A stretch of 64,000 bases of DNA, taken from positions 1-64,000 of the forward strand of contig JANOEP010000046.1 of the NCBI GenBank assembly GCA_031441465.1. The letters are read 5' to 3'. The notes beneath the pieces were generated by a model. That model was not told the DNA's origin, ran no database searches, and saw only the letters and a program-made list of their open reading frames with translations. The stretch comes from a bacterium (GTDB lineage: Bacteria > Krumholzibacteriota > Krumholzibacteriia > LZORAL124-64-63). The position numbers and the translations under genes are program-made. This document shows, in pieces, positions 35,428-45,339 of the stretch; the stretch's first letter is position 1; the number at the start of each line of letters is the position of its first letter.

Positions 35428-35961
35428 CTACGGGCGCGCGAAGTGGGCGCGGCGGTTCTTGGACCAGGAGGCCTCGGTGCTGCCGGAGACGAAGGGACGC
35501 TCCTCGCCGTAGCTCGTCACGCGCAGCTGGCCGGCCTTCACGCCCAGGCTCGTCAGGTAGTTGCGCACGGCGTTCGCGCGCTTCTCGCCCAGGGCCAGGT
35601 TGTACTCGACCGTACCGCGTTCGTCGCAGTGGCCTTCGACGACGTACATGACGTCGCTGTGCTCCTTCATGATCTTCGCGTTCGCGGTCAGCGTGCTCAT
35701 GGTGGCGGCGCTGAGTGTGTACTCGTTGTAGGCGAAGTACACGTCCCCGATGCCGTATTCCTGCGGCGACATCGTCGCGTAGTTGGTGACGGCGGCGGGA
35801 GTCTCGGCGACCGGCGTCTCTTCGACGACCTCTTCGACGGGCGCCGGCGTGACGACCGTGGCGGTGTTGTCCACGACCGGAACGTTTTTCTTGCCGCCGC
35901 AACCGACGGTCACGAGCAGGGCGGCCAACAGCATGCCGATCAGCGCAAAGGTCCGCAACAT
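35428..35961 (-). CDS. pal: peptidoglycan-associated lipoprotein
   Basis: lipobox TVGC; EGHCDERGTVEYNLALGEKRA, SYGEERP, NRRA. Confidence 0.96.
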   Translation of the reverse strand: MLRTFALIGMLLAALLVTVGCGGKKNVPVVDNTATVVTPAPVEEVVEETPVAETPAAVTNYATMSPQEYGIGDVYFAYNEYTLSAATMSTLTANAKIMKEHSDVMYVVEGHCDERGTVEYNLALGEKRANAVRNYLTSLGVKAGQLRVTSYGEERPFVSGSTEASWSKNRRAHFARP

Positions 35962-36034
35962 GGCTATCTGACTCCTTTTCTGAAGAAACTCAACCTGCCG
36001 GATTCCATATTCCGGCCCAACATAACACGAATTG

Positions 36035-37309
36035 TCATTGTGACCAATCAGGAGTTGTATCGGGTTCCCCGCCCTTCGTCAACTGCCGGATCGATCCGTC
36101 CTCCACGTCCAGGACATAGAGCTTGAAGACCCCGGAACGGTCCGAGGCGAAGACCACGTGGCGGCCGTCCGGGGCCCAGCTGGGGTCCTCGCAGTTGCGC
36201 CACGACAGGTCGGTCAGCAAGCGGCGGTTCTCCCCACCCGCCTCGATGAGCATGAGTTGGGTGATGTCCTGCTCGCGGCAGGCGTAGACGATCCGGTCCC
36301 CGCGGGGCGACCAGTCGGCCGAGTCGTTGTACTTACCCTCGAAGGTCAGGCGCCGCCGTCCGGTGCCGTCGGCATCCATGATGTAGAGCTGGGGCGAGCC
36401 GGTCCGGTCGCTGGTGTACACGAGGTCGTGACCGCTCGGGGACCAACCCGGCGACACCTCGATGGACTCCGAAACGGTCAACCGCCGGATCACGCGACCG
36501 TCCAGCCCGAGCCGGTAGATGTCCGGCTGGCCGGCCTTCGACAGGGCCACCACCAGTTCCTGCCCTCCGGGGTGCCAGCACGGTCCCAGGTTCGAGCCGC
36601 TGGTCTCGCCGACCATGCGCACCGTCCCGGTCGCCGCCTCGAGCAGGTAGGTGCCCTGCTGGCCCTGCCGGAAGGACATGAACGCGATCTGCTTGTTGTC
36701 CGGGGACCAGGAGGGGAACAGGTTCAGGGTGCGGTTGGACGTCAGCCGCAGCAGGCCCTCGCCGTCGTAGTCGACGCACCAGATGTCCCGGCGATCCCCG
36801 CTGCCGCGCGCGAAGACGATGCGCGACAGGCTGATGCCCGGCAGGTCGGTCAGCATGAGAATGACCTGCTCCACGAAGTGGTGCGCCGTGGCCCGCAGCC
36901 GGTCGGGACCCGGCTGGTAACGCTTCGAGAGCAGCACCTGACTCCCGGGCTCCGACAGCAGCCGCAACGTGAGGGCCGGAGACGAGCCGCCGCCGGTCGG
37001 CAGGCCCGCCAGCACGCCGTCGATCCGATAGTGCCCCCGGGTCTTGCCGGTGACTTGGTCGCGCGTCAGCAGACTGAACAGCCCGCTGTGGTCCAGGTCC
37101 GCGCGCACGGCCGCCTCGACGGTGCCGGCCGCGACCTGGGCCTCGGCCCCGCCCGCCTGCACTTCCAGGGGCAGCACCAGGACATCGGCCAACTGGGAGG
37201 CCGTCCCCTCGGCGCGCATGATGTACTCGTCCTGAGCGACGGCAGGCGTCGCCGCCGCCAGGACCACGGCGATCGTCGCCGCCAGGTAACGCGTGAGGCT
37301 CAGGTGCAT
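36035..37309 (-). CDS. tolB: TolB beta-propeller protein
   Basis: ADLDHSGLF, repeated PxWSPDG (PD40) motifs, YTSDRTGSPQLY. Confidence 0.92.
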   Translation of the reverse strand: MHLSLTRYLAATIAVVLAAATPAVAQDEYIMRAEGTASQLADVLVLPLEVQAGGAEAQVAAGTVEAAVRADLDHSGLFSLLTRDQVTGKTRGHYRIDGVLAGLPTGGGSSPALTLRLLSEPGSQVLLSKRYQPGPDRLRATAHHFVEQVILMLTDLPGISLSRIVFARGSGDRRDIWCVDYDGEGLLRLTSNRTLNLFPSWSPDNKQIAFMSFRQGQQGTYLLEAATGTVRMVGETSGSNLGPCWHPGGQELVVALSKAGQPDIYRLGLDGRVIRRLTVSESIEVSPGWSPSGHDLVYTSDRTGSPQLYIMDADGTGRRRLTFEGKYNDSADWSPRGDRIVYACREQDITQLMLIEAGGENRRLLTDLSWRNCEDPSWAPDGRHVVFASDRSGVFKLYVLDVEDGSIRQLTKGGEPDTTPDWSQ

Positions 37310-37311
37310 GT

Positions 37312-38046
37312 TCAATTCTCCGCCGTCAGCGAGAAGATGTACGTGATGCCGAGGCCGCGGGCGGCCATGCCGGCGGGGATCGGCAGGAAGGTCCCGACCG
37401 ACTCCACGGCCCGCAGCGCTTCGCGGTCCATCAGGGGCACGCCCGAGGAGGCCGCCACCGTGGCGCGCGTGAGGCTGCCGTCCGGCTCCACCTGGAAGTG
37501 CACCGAGCAGACCACCGGGGCGCCGCTGCGGAAACCCAACCGCCGCGGCTGCCAGTTGCGGGCGATCCGCTGCTCGAGCAGGTCGAGGTAGTAGACGTAT
37601 TGCGGCGGGACGTTGATGTCCGTTCCGATCCGGGACGACGACCCGGCCAGCCCGGCGCGGGCCGCCCCGGCGGCGCCGGAGCCCGCCGCATCGCCCCCGG
37701 TCGTCGTGCTGCCTGTCGTCGTGCTGCCGGCGGCGGCGGTCCCGGCGGATTTGCGGTCGGCGGGGTCGGGCTTCGCCGACGTTTTCGCCGCGGGTTTCGC
37801 CGCCTGCTTCGGCACCGGCTTCTGCCCGGCCGCCTTCGGCAGGACCGCGGGTCGGGGCGGCTGCGTGGCTGCCGGCAGCGACTGCGCCCGCTGGCCCTGG
37901 GGACGCGAACCGGGCAGCTCGGCCAGGCGGACCGAGATGGCCCGCTGGCGGGGCAGCGGTTGCTGGGCGACGCGGGCGCCGAACAGCAGCAGCACCGTCA
38001 GGAACAGGGCGTGGACCAGGAGTGACGCCGGCAGCGCGCGGTTCAC
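37312..38046 (-). CDS. tolA: TolA/TonB C-terminal domain protein
   Basis: SLLVHA TM motif, Pro/Ala/Lys linker, SSGVPLMDREALRAV; position in tol-pal operon. Confidence 0.75.
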   Translation of the reverse strand: MNRALPASLLVHALFLTVLLLFGARVAQQPLPRQRAISVRLAELPGSRPQGQRAQSLPAATQPPRPAVLPKAAGQKPVPKQAAKPAAKTSAKPDPADRKSAGTAAAGSTTTGSTTTGGDAAGSGAAGAARAGLAGSSSRIGTDINVPPQYVYYLDLLEQRIARNWQPRRLGFRSGAPVVCSVHFQVEPDGSLTRATVAASSGVPLMDREALRAVESVGTFLPIPAGMAARGLGITYIFSLTAEN

Positions 38047-38459
38047 GGGCGCTCCCTCTCCCCGAGGTCCTGGTCCGCCACGAGGCTCAGGTTGGAGAAG
38101 CCTTCCTTTTCGATCGCGGCCATGACCTTCAGGACGAAACCGTAGGGCACGTCCTCGTCGGCGCGCAGGTAGACCGGCAGCGTCGCGCGGCGGTCTGCGA
38201 ACACGCTGAGGCGGGCGGCGAGATCGGACAGGACGATCTGGTCATCGTCGAAGTGGAGCGTGCGCTCGCGGGTCACGGTGACCACCGGACCCTCCTCGAC
38301 GACCACTTCACGCGTCTCGGCCTGCGGCAGGTTCACCTCGACGCCGCCCTGCATGAACGGCGCCGTGAGCATGAAGATGATCAGCAGGCACAGCACGACA
38401 TCCACCAGCGAGGTGATGTTGATCTCCGAAAAGCCGCGGTAGGCCGAGCGGCGTCTCAT
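38043..38459 (-). CDS. tolR: TolR/ExbD
   Basis: EINITSLVDVVLCLLIIFM, LRADEDVPYG. Confidence 0.9.
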   Translation of the reverse strand: MRRRSAYRGFSEINITSLVDVVLCLLIIFMLTAPFMQGGVEVNLPQAETREVVVEEGPVVTVTRERTLHFDDDQIVLSDLAARLSVFADRRATLPVYLRADEDVPYGFVLKVMAAIEKEGFSNLSLVADQDLGERERP

Positions 38460-39217
38460 AGGATCCGTTCCTTCTCGTGCATCTCGGGTCGTCGCGGCTG
38501 ACCGGCCCGCGCCTCCCCGGCCGACGGCGCCATGTCCTCCATGATGGAGCGCAGGCGCTCGAGTTCGTTGCCCACCAGGTCGATCTTGCGCACGAAGAGG
38601 TTGAAGGAGACCACGGCCGGGATGGCGGCCGCCAGACCCGCGGTGGTCGAGATCAGGGCCTCGGCGATGCCCGGCGCCACGACCGTGAGGTTGGCGCTGC
38701 GCAGCAGCGACATCTCCCAGAACGCCTGCATCAGACCCCAGACCGTGCCCAGCAGGCCCATGAAGGGCGCGACGGTGACGGTCGTCGAGAGGATGAGCAG
38801 GTAACGCTCCAGGTTCTCGGTCTCGGCGTAAGAGACGCGCTCGGCGGAACGGCGCACGGCCTGGCTCGTGGTCTGCGACGCCGTCTCGCGCCACAGGTTG
38901 GCCAGGGGCAGCTCGGGGTGGGCGCGGCACCAGGCTTCCATACCGTTGCGGCTCAGCCTCCCCTGCAGCCAGTCCTCGCACTGCACCCAGAATTCGCGGT
39001 GGCCGCGGCGCACGGCGGTGAGCAGGCGCCCGCGATCGAACATGACGGCCCAGCACAGGACCGACATCAGGACCAAGGCCACCACCACGAGGAGGCCCAG
39101 GAACGACAACTTGCGCAGGAGGTCGAGCATCTCGGCCGTCCCAAGGGACCCTAGGAAGAGGGACGCCGGGAAGAGGGACGCCAGGTTGAGGGACGCCTGG
39201 AAGGGGGCGATGGTCAT
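38456..39217 (-). CDS. tolQ: TolQ/ExbB
   Basis: APFMGLLGTVWG, VAPGIAEALISTTAGL..AIPAV. Confidence 0.92.
   Translation of the reverse strand: MTIAPFQASLNLASLFPASLFLGSLGTAEMLDLLRKLSFLGLLVVVALVLMSVLCWAVMFDRGRLLTAVRRGHREFWVQCEDWLQGRLSRNGMEAWCRAHPELPLANLWRETASQTTSQAVRRSAERVSYAETENLERYLLILSTTVTVAPFMGLLGTVWGLMQAFWEMSLLRSANLTVVAPGIAEALISTTAGLAAAIPAVVSFNLFVRKIDLVGNELERLRSIMEDMAPSAGEARAGQPRRPEMHEKERIL
39144..39203. repeat. four 15-bp tandem repeats at tolQ 5' end
   Basis: AGGGACCCTAGGAAG / AGGGACGCCGGGAAG / AGGGACGCCAGGTTG / AGGGACGCCTGGAAG. Confidence 0.8.
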
Positions 39218-39368
39218 GTCAGCTCCTTCTGCGGTGGGCCGGCGCCGCTCCGGACGCCGGGTGCCGGCCGGCGAAGGCGCCGGGCAGCCGCGCCCATTGT
39301 ACTACCCCGGCGCGGGCGTTCAAGGCCGGAGTCTGGGGAAACCCCCCGGACCGGCCCGGGGTTCCGGG

Positions 39369-40496
39369 TCAGCCCAGTACCCGGTCGTAGAGGTCGACGT
39401 AGCGCTTCAGGATGCAGGGCGTGCCGAAGCGGGAGACGGCCTCGCGCAGGCCGTCGTCGCGGATCTGGCGGTGCAGCACCGGATCCTGCAGGAGGCGGAC
39501 GCCGGTGGCGGCCATGCCGGCGATGTCGTCGGGGTCGCAGAGGAAACCCGTCTGGCCGTGGTCGATGAACTCCGAGGTGCCGCCGCGGTCGGTGGCGATG
39601 ACCGGAGCCCCGCAGGCCATCGCCTCCAACGCGACCAGCCCGAAGGACTCGTGGCGCGAGGGCAGCAGGCAGAGATCGGACAGGGCCAGGATCTCTTCGA
39701 GGTTCTCGACCTGGCCGAGGCAGCGCACCCGGTCGGCCACGCCGAGCTGGGCGGCGAGTTGTTCGCACAGCGTGCGCTCGGGTCCCTCCCCCACCAGCAG
39801 CAGCTGCGCTGGTACACGGCTCGTGATCTCCGCGAACACCCGCACCACGTGGGAAGCGTTCTTCACGGGCCGGAAGTTCGAGGCGTGGACCACGATCTTC
39901 TCGTCCGGTGTCGCGAACAACGCGCGCGGGCCGTCGGCGCGCGGCCGGAAGCGCTGCGGGTCCACGAAATTGGGGATCACTTCGACTTCGCGTCGCGGAG
40001 CGAAAACGCGGAGCGTCTCGTCGCGCAGCCAACCGCTGACGGCGGTCACGGCGTCGCTCTCGTCGATCAGGAAGCGCGTCATCTCGAAGTAGGACGGTTC
40101 CTGGCCCACGAGCGTGATGTCGGTGCCGTGCAGGGTCGTGATCATCTTCAGGCGCTCCGGGCCGATCATGGCCCGGGCCAGGTAGGCGCTGGCCGCGTGC
40201 GGGATGGCGTAGTGGACGTGCAGCAGGTCGAGGCCGTGGCGTCGGGCGACCTCGCTCATCTTGGTGGCGAGCGCCAGGGTGTAGGGCGTGTGCTGGAAGA
40301 CGGGGTAGGTGACCGCCTCGACCGGGTGGAAGAAGATGTTGGCTTCGTAGCGGCGAAGGCGCAGCGGCATCTCGCTGGTGATGAAGTGCACCTCGTAGCC
40401 GCGGCGGGCCAGGTTTAGTCCCAGCTCGCTGGCCACCACCCCGCTGCCGCCCTGCGTGGGGTAGCACGTGATCCCGATGACCGGCAGGCGGCTCAC
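39369..40496 (-). CDS. bshA: N-acetyl-alpha-D-glucosaminyl L-malate synthase
   Basis: IGITCYPTQGGSGVVASELG, HVHYAIPHA, TTLHGTDITLVG, SNFRPVK, ESFGLVALEAM. Confidence 0.95.
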   Translation of the reverse strand: MSRLPVIGITCYPTQGGSGVVASELGLNLARRGYEVHFITSEMPLRLRRYEANIFFHPVEAVTYPVFQHTPYTLALATKMSEVARRHGLDLLHVHYAIPHAASAYLARAMIGPERLKMITTLHGTDITLVGQEPSYFEMTRFLIDESDAVTAVSGWLRDETLRVFAPRREVEVIPNFVDPQRFRPRADGPRALFATPDEKIVVHASNFRPVKNASHVVRVFAEITSRVPAQLLLVGEGPERTLCEQLAAQLGVADRVRCLGQVENLEEILALSDLCLLPSRHESFGLVALEAMACGAPVIATDRGGTSEFIDHGQTGFLCDPDDIAGMAATGVRLLQDPVLHRQIRDDGLREAVSRFGTPCILKRYVDLYDRVLG

Positions 40497-41284
40497 ACCC
40501 AGCGCTCCGTCGGCAGATCGACCAGCAACGGCGCCTGCTCGGTGGCGAAGGCTTCGGCCAGCGGGACGCCCGCCTGGAAGCCCCAGGCGCGGGACCAGCG
40601 TTCCACCTGGTCCAGGAAGGCCGGCTCGTTGATGACGGTCGGCCGCGCGCCCTCGGCCCGCTCCAGCTGGGTCGCGTAGCAGCGCAGGGCCGCCAGCTTG
40701 TCCGGCCAGCTCGCCGTCACGTCCACATAGAGGTTCGGACGGTCGCCCGGCGCGCAGACGGTCAGGACCGTCTCGCAGATCCACAGCGGTGCGGGCGGCG
40801 GCACGACGGCGGTCGCGGGCCAGGCACGCAGCTCGGGCAGCGCCGCCGGCCAGGCCGCCAGCCGGGCCATGAAAGCCGCCTTGCGCACCAGGGCGGGGAT
40901 CGCCTGATGGTCGGGATGGCGCCGCGGGACCGGCGCCGCCAGCAGCCAGCGGGGGCGCAGGCTGCGGATGACGGCCGCGACCGCGGCCACCTGTTCGGGT
41001 CGCTCGGCCGAGATGAAGCCGTCCGGCAACGCGGCCTGCAACCGGCCGGCGATGCCCAGCGCCGCCGACGCCCGGGCCGCCTCCACCCAGCGTTCGTCGG
41101 GAGTGCCGTTGGAACCGAGTTCGCCGCGCGTCAGGTCGAGCAGCCAGATGCTGCGGCCTCGGGCGGCGAGCCCGGCCAGCGTGCCGCCGCAGGCGATCTC
41201 CGCATCGTCGGTGTGCGGGCTGACGCAGAGCAGGTCGACTCCCGCGGTCGCCACGGCGTCCGCTGTGCGCATGTCGTCGGTCAT
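40493..41284 (-). CDS. bshB1: bacillithiol biosynthesis deacetylase (PIG-L family)
   Basis: PHTDDAE, DLTRGELGSNGT, RHPDH. Confidence 0.88.
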   Translation of the reverse strand: MTDDMRTADAVATAGVDLLCVSPHTDDAEIACGGTLAGLAARGRSIWLLDLTRGELGSNGTPDERWVEAARASAALGIAGRLQAALPDGFISAERPEQVAAVAAVIRSLRPRWLLAAPVPRRHPDHQAIPALVRKAAFMARLAAWPAALPELRAWPATAVVPPPAPLWICETVLTVCAPGDRPNLYVDVTASWPDKLAALRCYATQLERAEGARPTVINEPAFLDQVERWSRAWGFQAGVPLAEAFATEQAPLLVDLPTERWV

Positions 41285-41293
41285 GTTCCCACC

Positions 41294-42907
41294 TCAGCTG
41301 CCTGCCAAAGGTCGCGGATCCACGCGGATCCACCAGTCGCGCCAATCTCCGTCGGCCCCACGGTCGAAGTGGGCTTCCGCCGCCTCGATCACGGCGGGTG
41401 CCAGGCCGTCGCCCCACAGCGCCGTGGCCCAGTGCAGGGCCAGCGCACGCTCCTGCCGGACGCCGTCCGGGGCGACCCACGACGGCGCCGCCGATGGCGG
41501 TGGCTGGTCGCCGGCCGCACGCCGCACTCGCAGCGTCGCGCGCACCTCGTCGCGCCAGACGCGGGTCGAACGGGCGGCGAGCGCCTGCGCCCGCTGGTCC
41601 GGCAGGCCGGCGAGGTCCACCAGCGCGCGGGCCAGGGTCGCGGCGATCGCGGCCGCGGCGGCGTCGCCGGCCTTGTCGTCCACCAAGGGCGCAGCGGCGG
41701 CGGCATCGCGGCGGGGATCGTCGCTGAGCCGGGCGAACAGCCGCGGCAGCAACGCCGGTTGGTCCAGCCCCAGCGCCGCGTGCAGGGGTCGCAGCTGCTC
41801 CAGATAGGCGAGTTCCCCCGGGCCCGCCACGATGCCGGCCGGTCGGAAGAACCAATCCTGGACCAGGGTCCGCAGCAACACGCCGGGACGCAGATCCTGC
41901 GGCGAGGCGAGCAGGGCTACGGGATCGACCACCCGTTCACGGCCGTCACCCCGGCGCACGTGGAAGGGCGCGGCCAGCGAAGCGCCGCTAATCTGGGCAT
42001 GGTAGCCCAGCGCCGTCAGTTCCGCACCGCGCACCGCCGCGAGTTCCGCCAGCTCGGCGCGGCGCGCGATCAGGTCCGCGGTGAAGGGTGCGGCGGCGCG
42101 GTACAGGCCGCCGTCGTCTCCCGAAACCGTCAGCAGGCCGTGGCCGGCGAACACGCACAGCAGGGCCCGCCTCTGCAACCGTCCCCAGGTCCAGCCCTCA
42201 TGCCGGGCGCGGGTCCAGAGTGCGGACAGTTCGGCGCCGAGACGATCAGCGTCGAGTCTTCCGGCGCCGGGACTCCCGTCCGCGACCCCGCCCCCGGTAG
42301 GCCCACCTGCGGTGAGGCGTTCCGCGAGCCAGCCGGCTTCCGGGGCCGCCCAGACGTCCGCCGGCGCCGCGCCGATCACGAGGTCGTCGGGACCCGGGGG
42401 CGGCGGCGCCCCGAGCAGCGCGCGCCGGCGCGGGTCGTACAGGCGGGGAGCGAAGGCTTCGCGCCGGTCGTCGTCGTCGTCGCCGCACCAGAACAGCGGG
42501 ATCGTCGGATGGCCGGCGGCGGTGCGCGCCCGGGCGGCGGCGATGCAGGCGGCGACCTTGTAGAGCGTCAGCAAGGGCCCGCCCAGGAACCCGGGCTGCT
42601 GGCCCGTGACCACGACCTCCGCTTCTCCTGCCGCCAGGGCGGCCACGGCCGACGCCGCGGCGATGCGCGCCGGGTCGTCCGGCAGGTCCGCCGACAATTC
42701 CGCCAGCCAGGCCTCGCGCCAAGCGGGGTGGAGCCACGCCGGGGCCGTGCCGACGGCCGCAGCCCCGAGGTAGCGGCGCCACTCGACCGACGCGCCGGCG
42801 AAGGGACCGTCGCCCCGCAGCCAAGCGCGCACGAGCAGGCTGAGGTCCGGCAGGTCGGCGAGCGCGAGACCGGGTTCGCTCCGGAACGGCAGCGTCGTCA
42901 CGTTCAC
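41294..42907 (-). CDS. bshC: bacillithiol biosynthesis cysteine-adding enzyme
   Basis: VVTGQQPGFLGGPLLTLYK, FW..DDDD, PGVLLRTLVQD, GPGELAY, QERAL. Confidence 0.85.
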   Translation of the reverse strand: MNVTTLPFRSEPGLALADLPDLSLLVRAWLRGDGPFAGASVEWRRYLGAAAVGTAPAWLHPAWREAWLAELSADLPDDPARIAAASAVAALAAGEAEVVVTGQQPGFLGGPLLTLYKVAACIAAARARTAAGHPTIPLFWCGDDDDDRREAFAPRLYDPRRRALLGAPPPPGPDDLVIGAAPADVWAAPEAGWLAERLTAGGPTGGGVADGSPGAGRLDADRLGAELSALWTRARHEGWTWGRLQRRALLCVFAGHGLLTVSGDDGGLYRAAAPFTADLIARRAELAELAAVRGAELTALGYHAQISGASLAAPFHVRRGDGRERVVDPVALLASPQDLRPGVLLRTLVQDWFFRPAGIVAGPGELAYLEQLRPLHAALGLDQPALLPRLFARLSDDPRRDAAAAAPLVDDKAGDAAAAAIAATLARALVDLAGLPDQRAQALAARSTRVWRDEVRATLRVRRAAGDQPPPSAAPSWVAPDGVRQERALALHWATALWGDGLAPAVIEAAEAHFDRGADGDWRDWWIRVDPRPLAGS

Positions 42908-43683
42908 ACTCCCCGCTCGTAGATCAGCAGCCAGCGTTCGGCCGCCGCGGCGTCGAACCCCCGGCCGTCGTACCCGCCGAACGACGCGACGCGGACGAGC
43001 CCCGCCTCGCGGCACAGTTCGTCGAGTTCCTCGGGCGCGAACAGGGCGACCGACTCGGTGTAGTCCAGACCCTGCGGCGGCACGCCCTCCGTCGCCGAGC
43101 GGTCGCCGCCGCCGTACGGCCGGATGCGCACGTCCTTCAGCACGTGCCGCCCGCCGGGGCCGAGCCGCCGCTGCTCGCGGACCAGGCACGCGCCGAGGCG
43201 CCGTTCCCGCACGGCGTCGCCCGCGGCCAGCTCCCGGCGCACGTCGTGGGCGTTGAGGTGGTCGAGGCACCAACGGCCGCCGGGAGCGAGCACGCGGGCG
43301 ATCTCCCGCAGCAGCGGCGCGTGGTCGTCGAGATCCCCGAAGTAGCCGAAGGAGGTGAACAGCGAGAGCACGGCCCGGCATCTCCCGTCGCGCAGCGGCA
43401 GGCAACGCATGTCGGCGCGCACCGGCGGCAGCGCGACGGCACCGGACACGCGGGCGGCCTCGGCGAGCAGATCGGGCGACAGGTCGAGCGCCAGGCCCCA
43501 GGCGCCTTGGGCCGCCAGCGACGACAGGTGGCGGCCGGCGCCGCAACCCAGATCGACGACCGGCCCGTCCCACGGCGGCAGCCAGGGCGCGATCGTCGCG
43601 ATGCAGGCGGCGGCTTCGTGCCCGTCCCGGTGGGCGTAGAGATGCCGGTAGTGGGCGCCGAAGGCGGTGCGGTACCAGTTCAT
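42904..43683 (-). CDS. class I SAM-dependent methyltransferase (candidate bacillithiol N-methyltransferase)
   Basis: DLGCGAGRH, DLSPDLL, ADMR, LFTSFGYF; 4-bp overlap with bshC. Confidence 0.85.
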   Translation of the reverse strand: MNWYRTAFGAHYRHLYAHRDGHEAAACIATIAPWLPPWDGPVVDLGCGAGRHLSSLAAQGAWGLALDLSPDLLAEAARVSGAVALPPVRADMRCLPLRDGRCRAVLSLFTSFGYFGDLDDHAPLLREIARVLAPGGRWCLDHLNAHDVRRELAAGDAVRERRLGACLVREQRRLGPGGRHVLKDVRIRPYGGGDRSATEGVPPQGLDYTESVALFAPEELDELCREAGLVRVASFGGYDGRGFDAAAAERWLLIYERGV

Positions 43684-45338
43684 GACCCGGCCGCCGGCGG
43701 CGGCTCGCTCGCGGCCAGGGGCCGACCGCGGCCGACGAGGGTCTCGCGCGGCGCGTGCGGGTCCTTGTCCGGATGGTCCAGCGTCTTGTGCAAACCGCGG
43801 CTCTCGCGGCGCTCGCGGGCGCAGAGGATGATCAGCTCGGCGACCAGGGCGATGTTGCGCAGTTCGACGAGGTCGGGGTTCGCCAGTGACCGGGCGTAGA
43901 TGCCCTCGACGGTGGCGCGGATGGCGCGCACGCGGTCCAGCGCGATGTCCAGCCGGCTGCGCGAGCGCACGATGCCCACGTAGTCCCACATGACGCGGCG
44001 CACCGAGTTCCAGTCGTGCTCGAGGACCACGGCTTCGGGGCCGCTCGACATCGCCGAGGGGAAGCTGTCCTGGAAGGGCAGGCCCGCGGGCGGGACGCCC
44101 GCCGCGGCGCTGTCGGCGACGGCGGCGCCGGCCGCCGTTTCCGCGAAGAACACCGCTTCGAGCAGGGAGTTGCTGGCCAGGCGGTTCGCTCCGTGGACGC
44201 CGGTCCAGGCCACCTCGCCGATCGCGTAGAGGCCCGGCAGGCTGCTGCGGCCGTGGCCGTCCACCTTGACCCCGCCGCACATGTAGTGGGCGGCCGGCAC
44301 GACCGGGACCGGTTCGCCCGCCATGTCGATGCCGTAGGTGGCGCAGGTGGCCGAGAGGTTCGGGAACCGCTGCTCGACGAACGCGCGCCCGAGGTGCCGC
44401 AGGTCCAGGTACACGCAGGAATCGCCGGTGCGCTTCATCTCCTGGTCGATGGCCCGTGCGACGATGTCCCGCGGCGCGAGTTCCCGGCGCGGGTCGTAGC
44501 GCTCCATGAAGCGTTCCCCGTGGCCGTTGATCAGGTGCGCCCCCTCCCCGCGCACCGCTTCGGAGATCAGGAAGCTTTTGGCCCGCGGGTGGTAGAGGCA
44601 GGTCGGGTGGAACTGGACGAATTCCAGGTTGGCCAGCAGGGCGCCGGCCCGGTAGGCCATGGCCAGCCCGTCGCCGGTGGCGATGTCCGGGTTCGACGTG
44701 TAGGCGTAGACCTTGCCGCAGCCGCCCGTGGCGAGGATCGTGGCCGGGGCCAGGTAGACGCGCCGCCGCAGCGTGTCGCGGTCCAGGACCCAGCAACCGA
44801 CGACCCGACGGGAATCGCCCTCGCGACGCAGGTCGGACTCGCGGATCAGGTCCAGCCCGAGGTGATCCTCGTCCATGGCGATGTGCGGGTGGCGGCGGCA
44901 GGCCTCGAGCAGGCGGCGCTCCAGCTCCCTGCCCGTGAGGTCGGCGGCGTGCAGGATGCGGTGGTGCGAATGGCCGCCCTCGCGCGTGAGCGCGTAGGGG
45001 GCGTCCGCCTGCTCGCCGTCGCGCGTGAAGCGCACGCCGTGGGCCAGGAGCCGCTCGATGAGGCGCGGCGCGGCCCCGACCATGGCCCGCACGACCGCCT
45101 CGTCGCAGAGCCCGTCTCCGGCGATCAGCGTGTCGCGCACGTGGGATTCGAAATCGTCCAGCGGCGAGAGCACCGCGGCGATGCCGCCCTGCGCGTAGTT
45201 CGTGTTGCTCTCCGAGGAATCCTTCTTGGTCACGATGCGCACGTCGCCGTGCTCGGCGGCCAGGAGCGCGAACTGCAGGCCGGCGATGCCGGTGCCCGCC
45301 ACGAGGAAACGGCTGGTCACGGGTTCGGCCGGGTGCAT
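43680..45338 (-). CDS. nadB: L-aspartate oxidase
   Basis: SNTNYAQGGIA, EGGHSHHRILH, QFHPT, AAHYMCGG, GVHGANRLASNSLLE. Confidence 0.95.
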   Translation of the reverse strand: MHPAEPVTSRFLVAGTGIAGLQFALLAAEHGDVRIVTKKDSSESNTNYAQGGIAAVLSPLDDFESHVRDTLIAGDGLCDEAVVRAMVGAAPRLIERLLAHGVRFTRDGEQADAPYALTREGGHSHHRILHAADLTGRELERRLLEACRRHPHIAMDEDHLGLDLIRESDLRREGDSRRVVGCWVLDRDTLRRRVYLAPATILATGGCGKVYAYTSNPDIATGDGLAMAYRAGALLANLEFVQFHPTCLYHPRAKSFLISEAVRGEGAHLINGHGERFMERYDPRRELAPRDIVARAIDQEMKRTGDSCVYLDLRHLGRAFVEQRFPNLSATCATYGIDMAGEPVPVVPAAHYMCGGVKVDGHGRSSLPGLYAIGEVAWTGVHGANRLASNSLLEAVFFAETAAGAAVADSAAAGVPPAGLPFQDSFPSAMSSGPEAVVLEHDWNSVRRVMWDYVGIVRSRSRLDIALDRVRAIRATVEGIYARSLANPDLVELRNIALVAELIILCARERRESRGLHKTLDHPDKDPHAPRETLVGRGRPLAASEPPPAAGS

Positions 45339-45339
45339 C

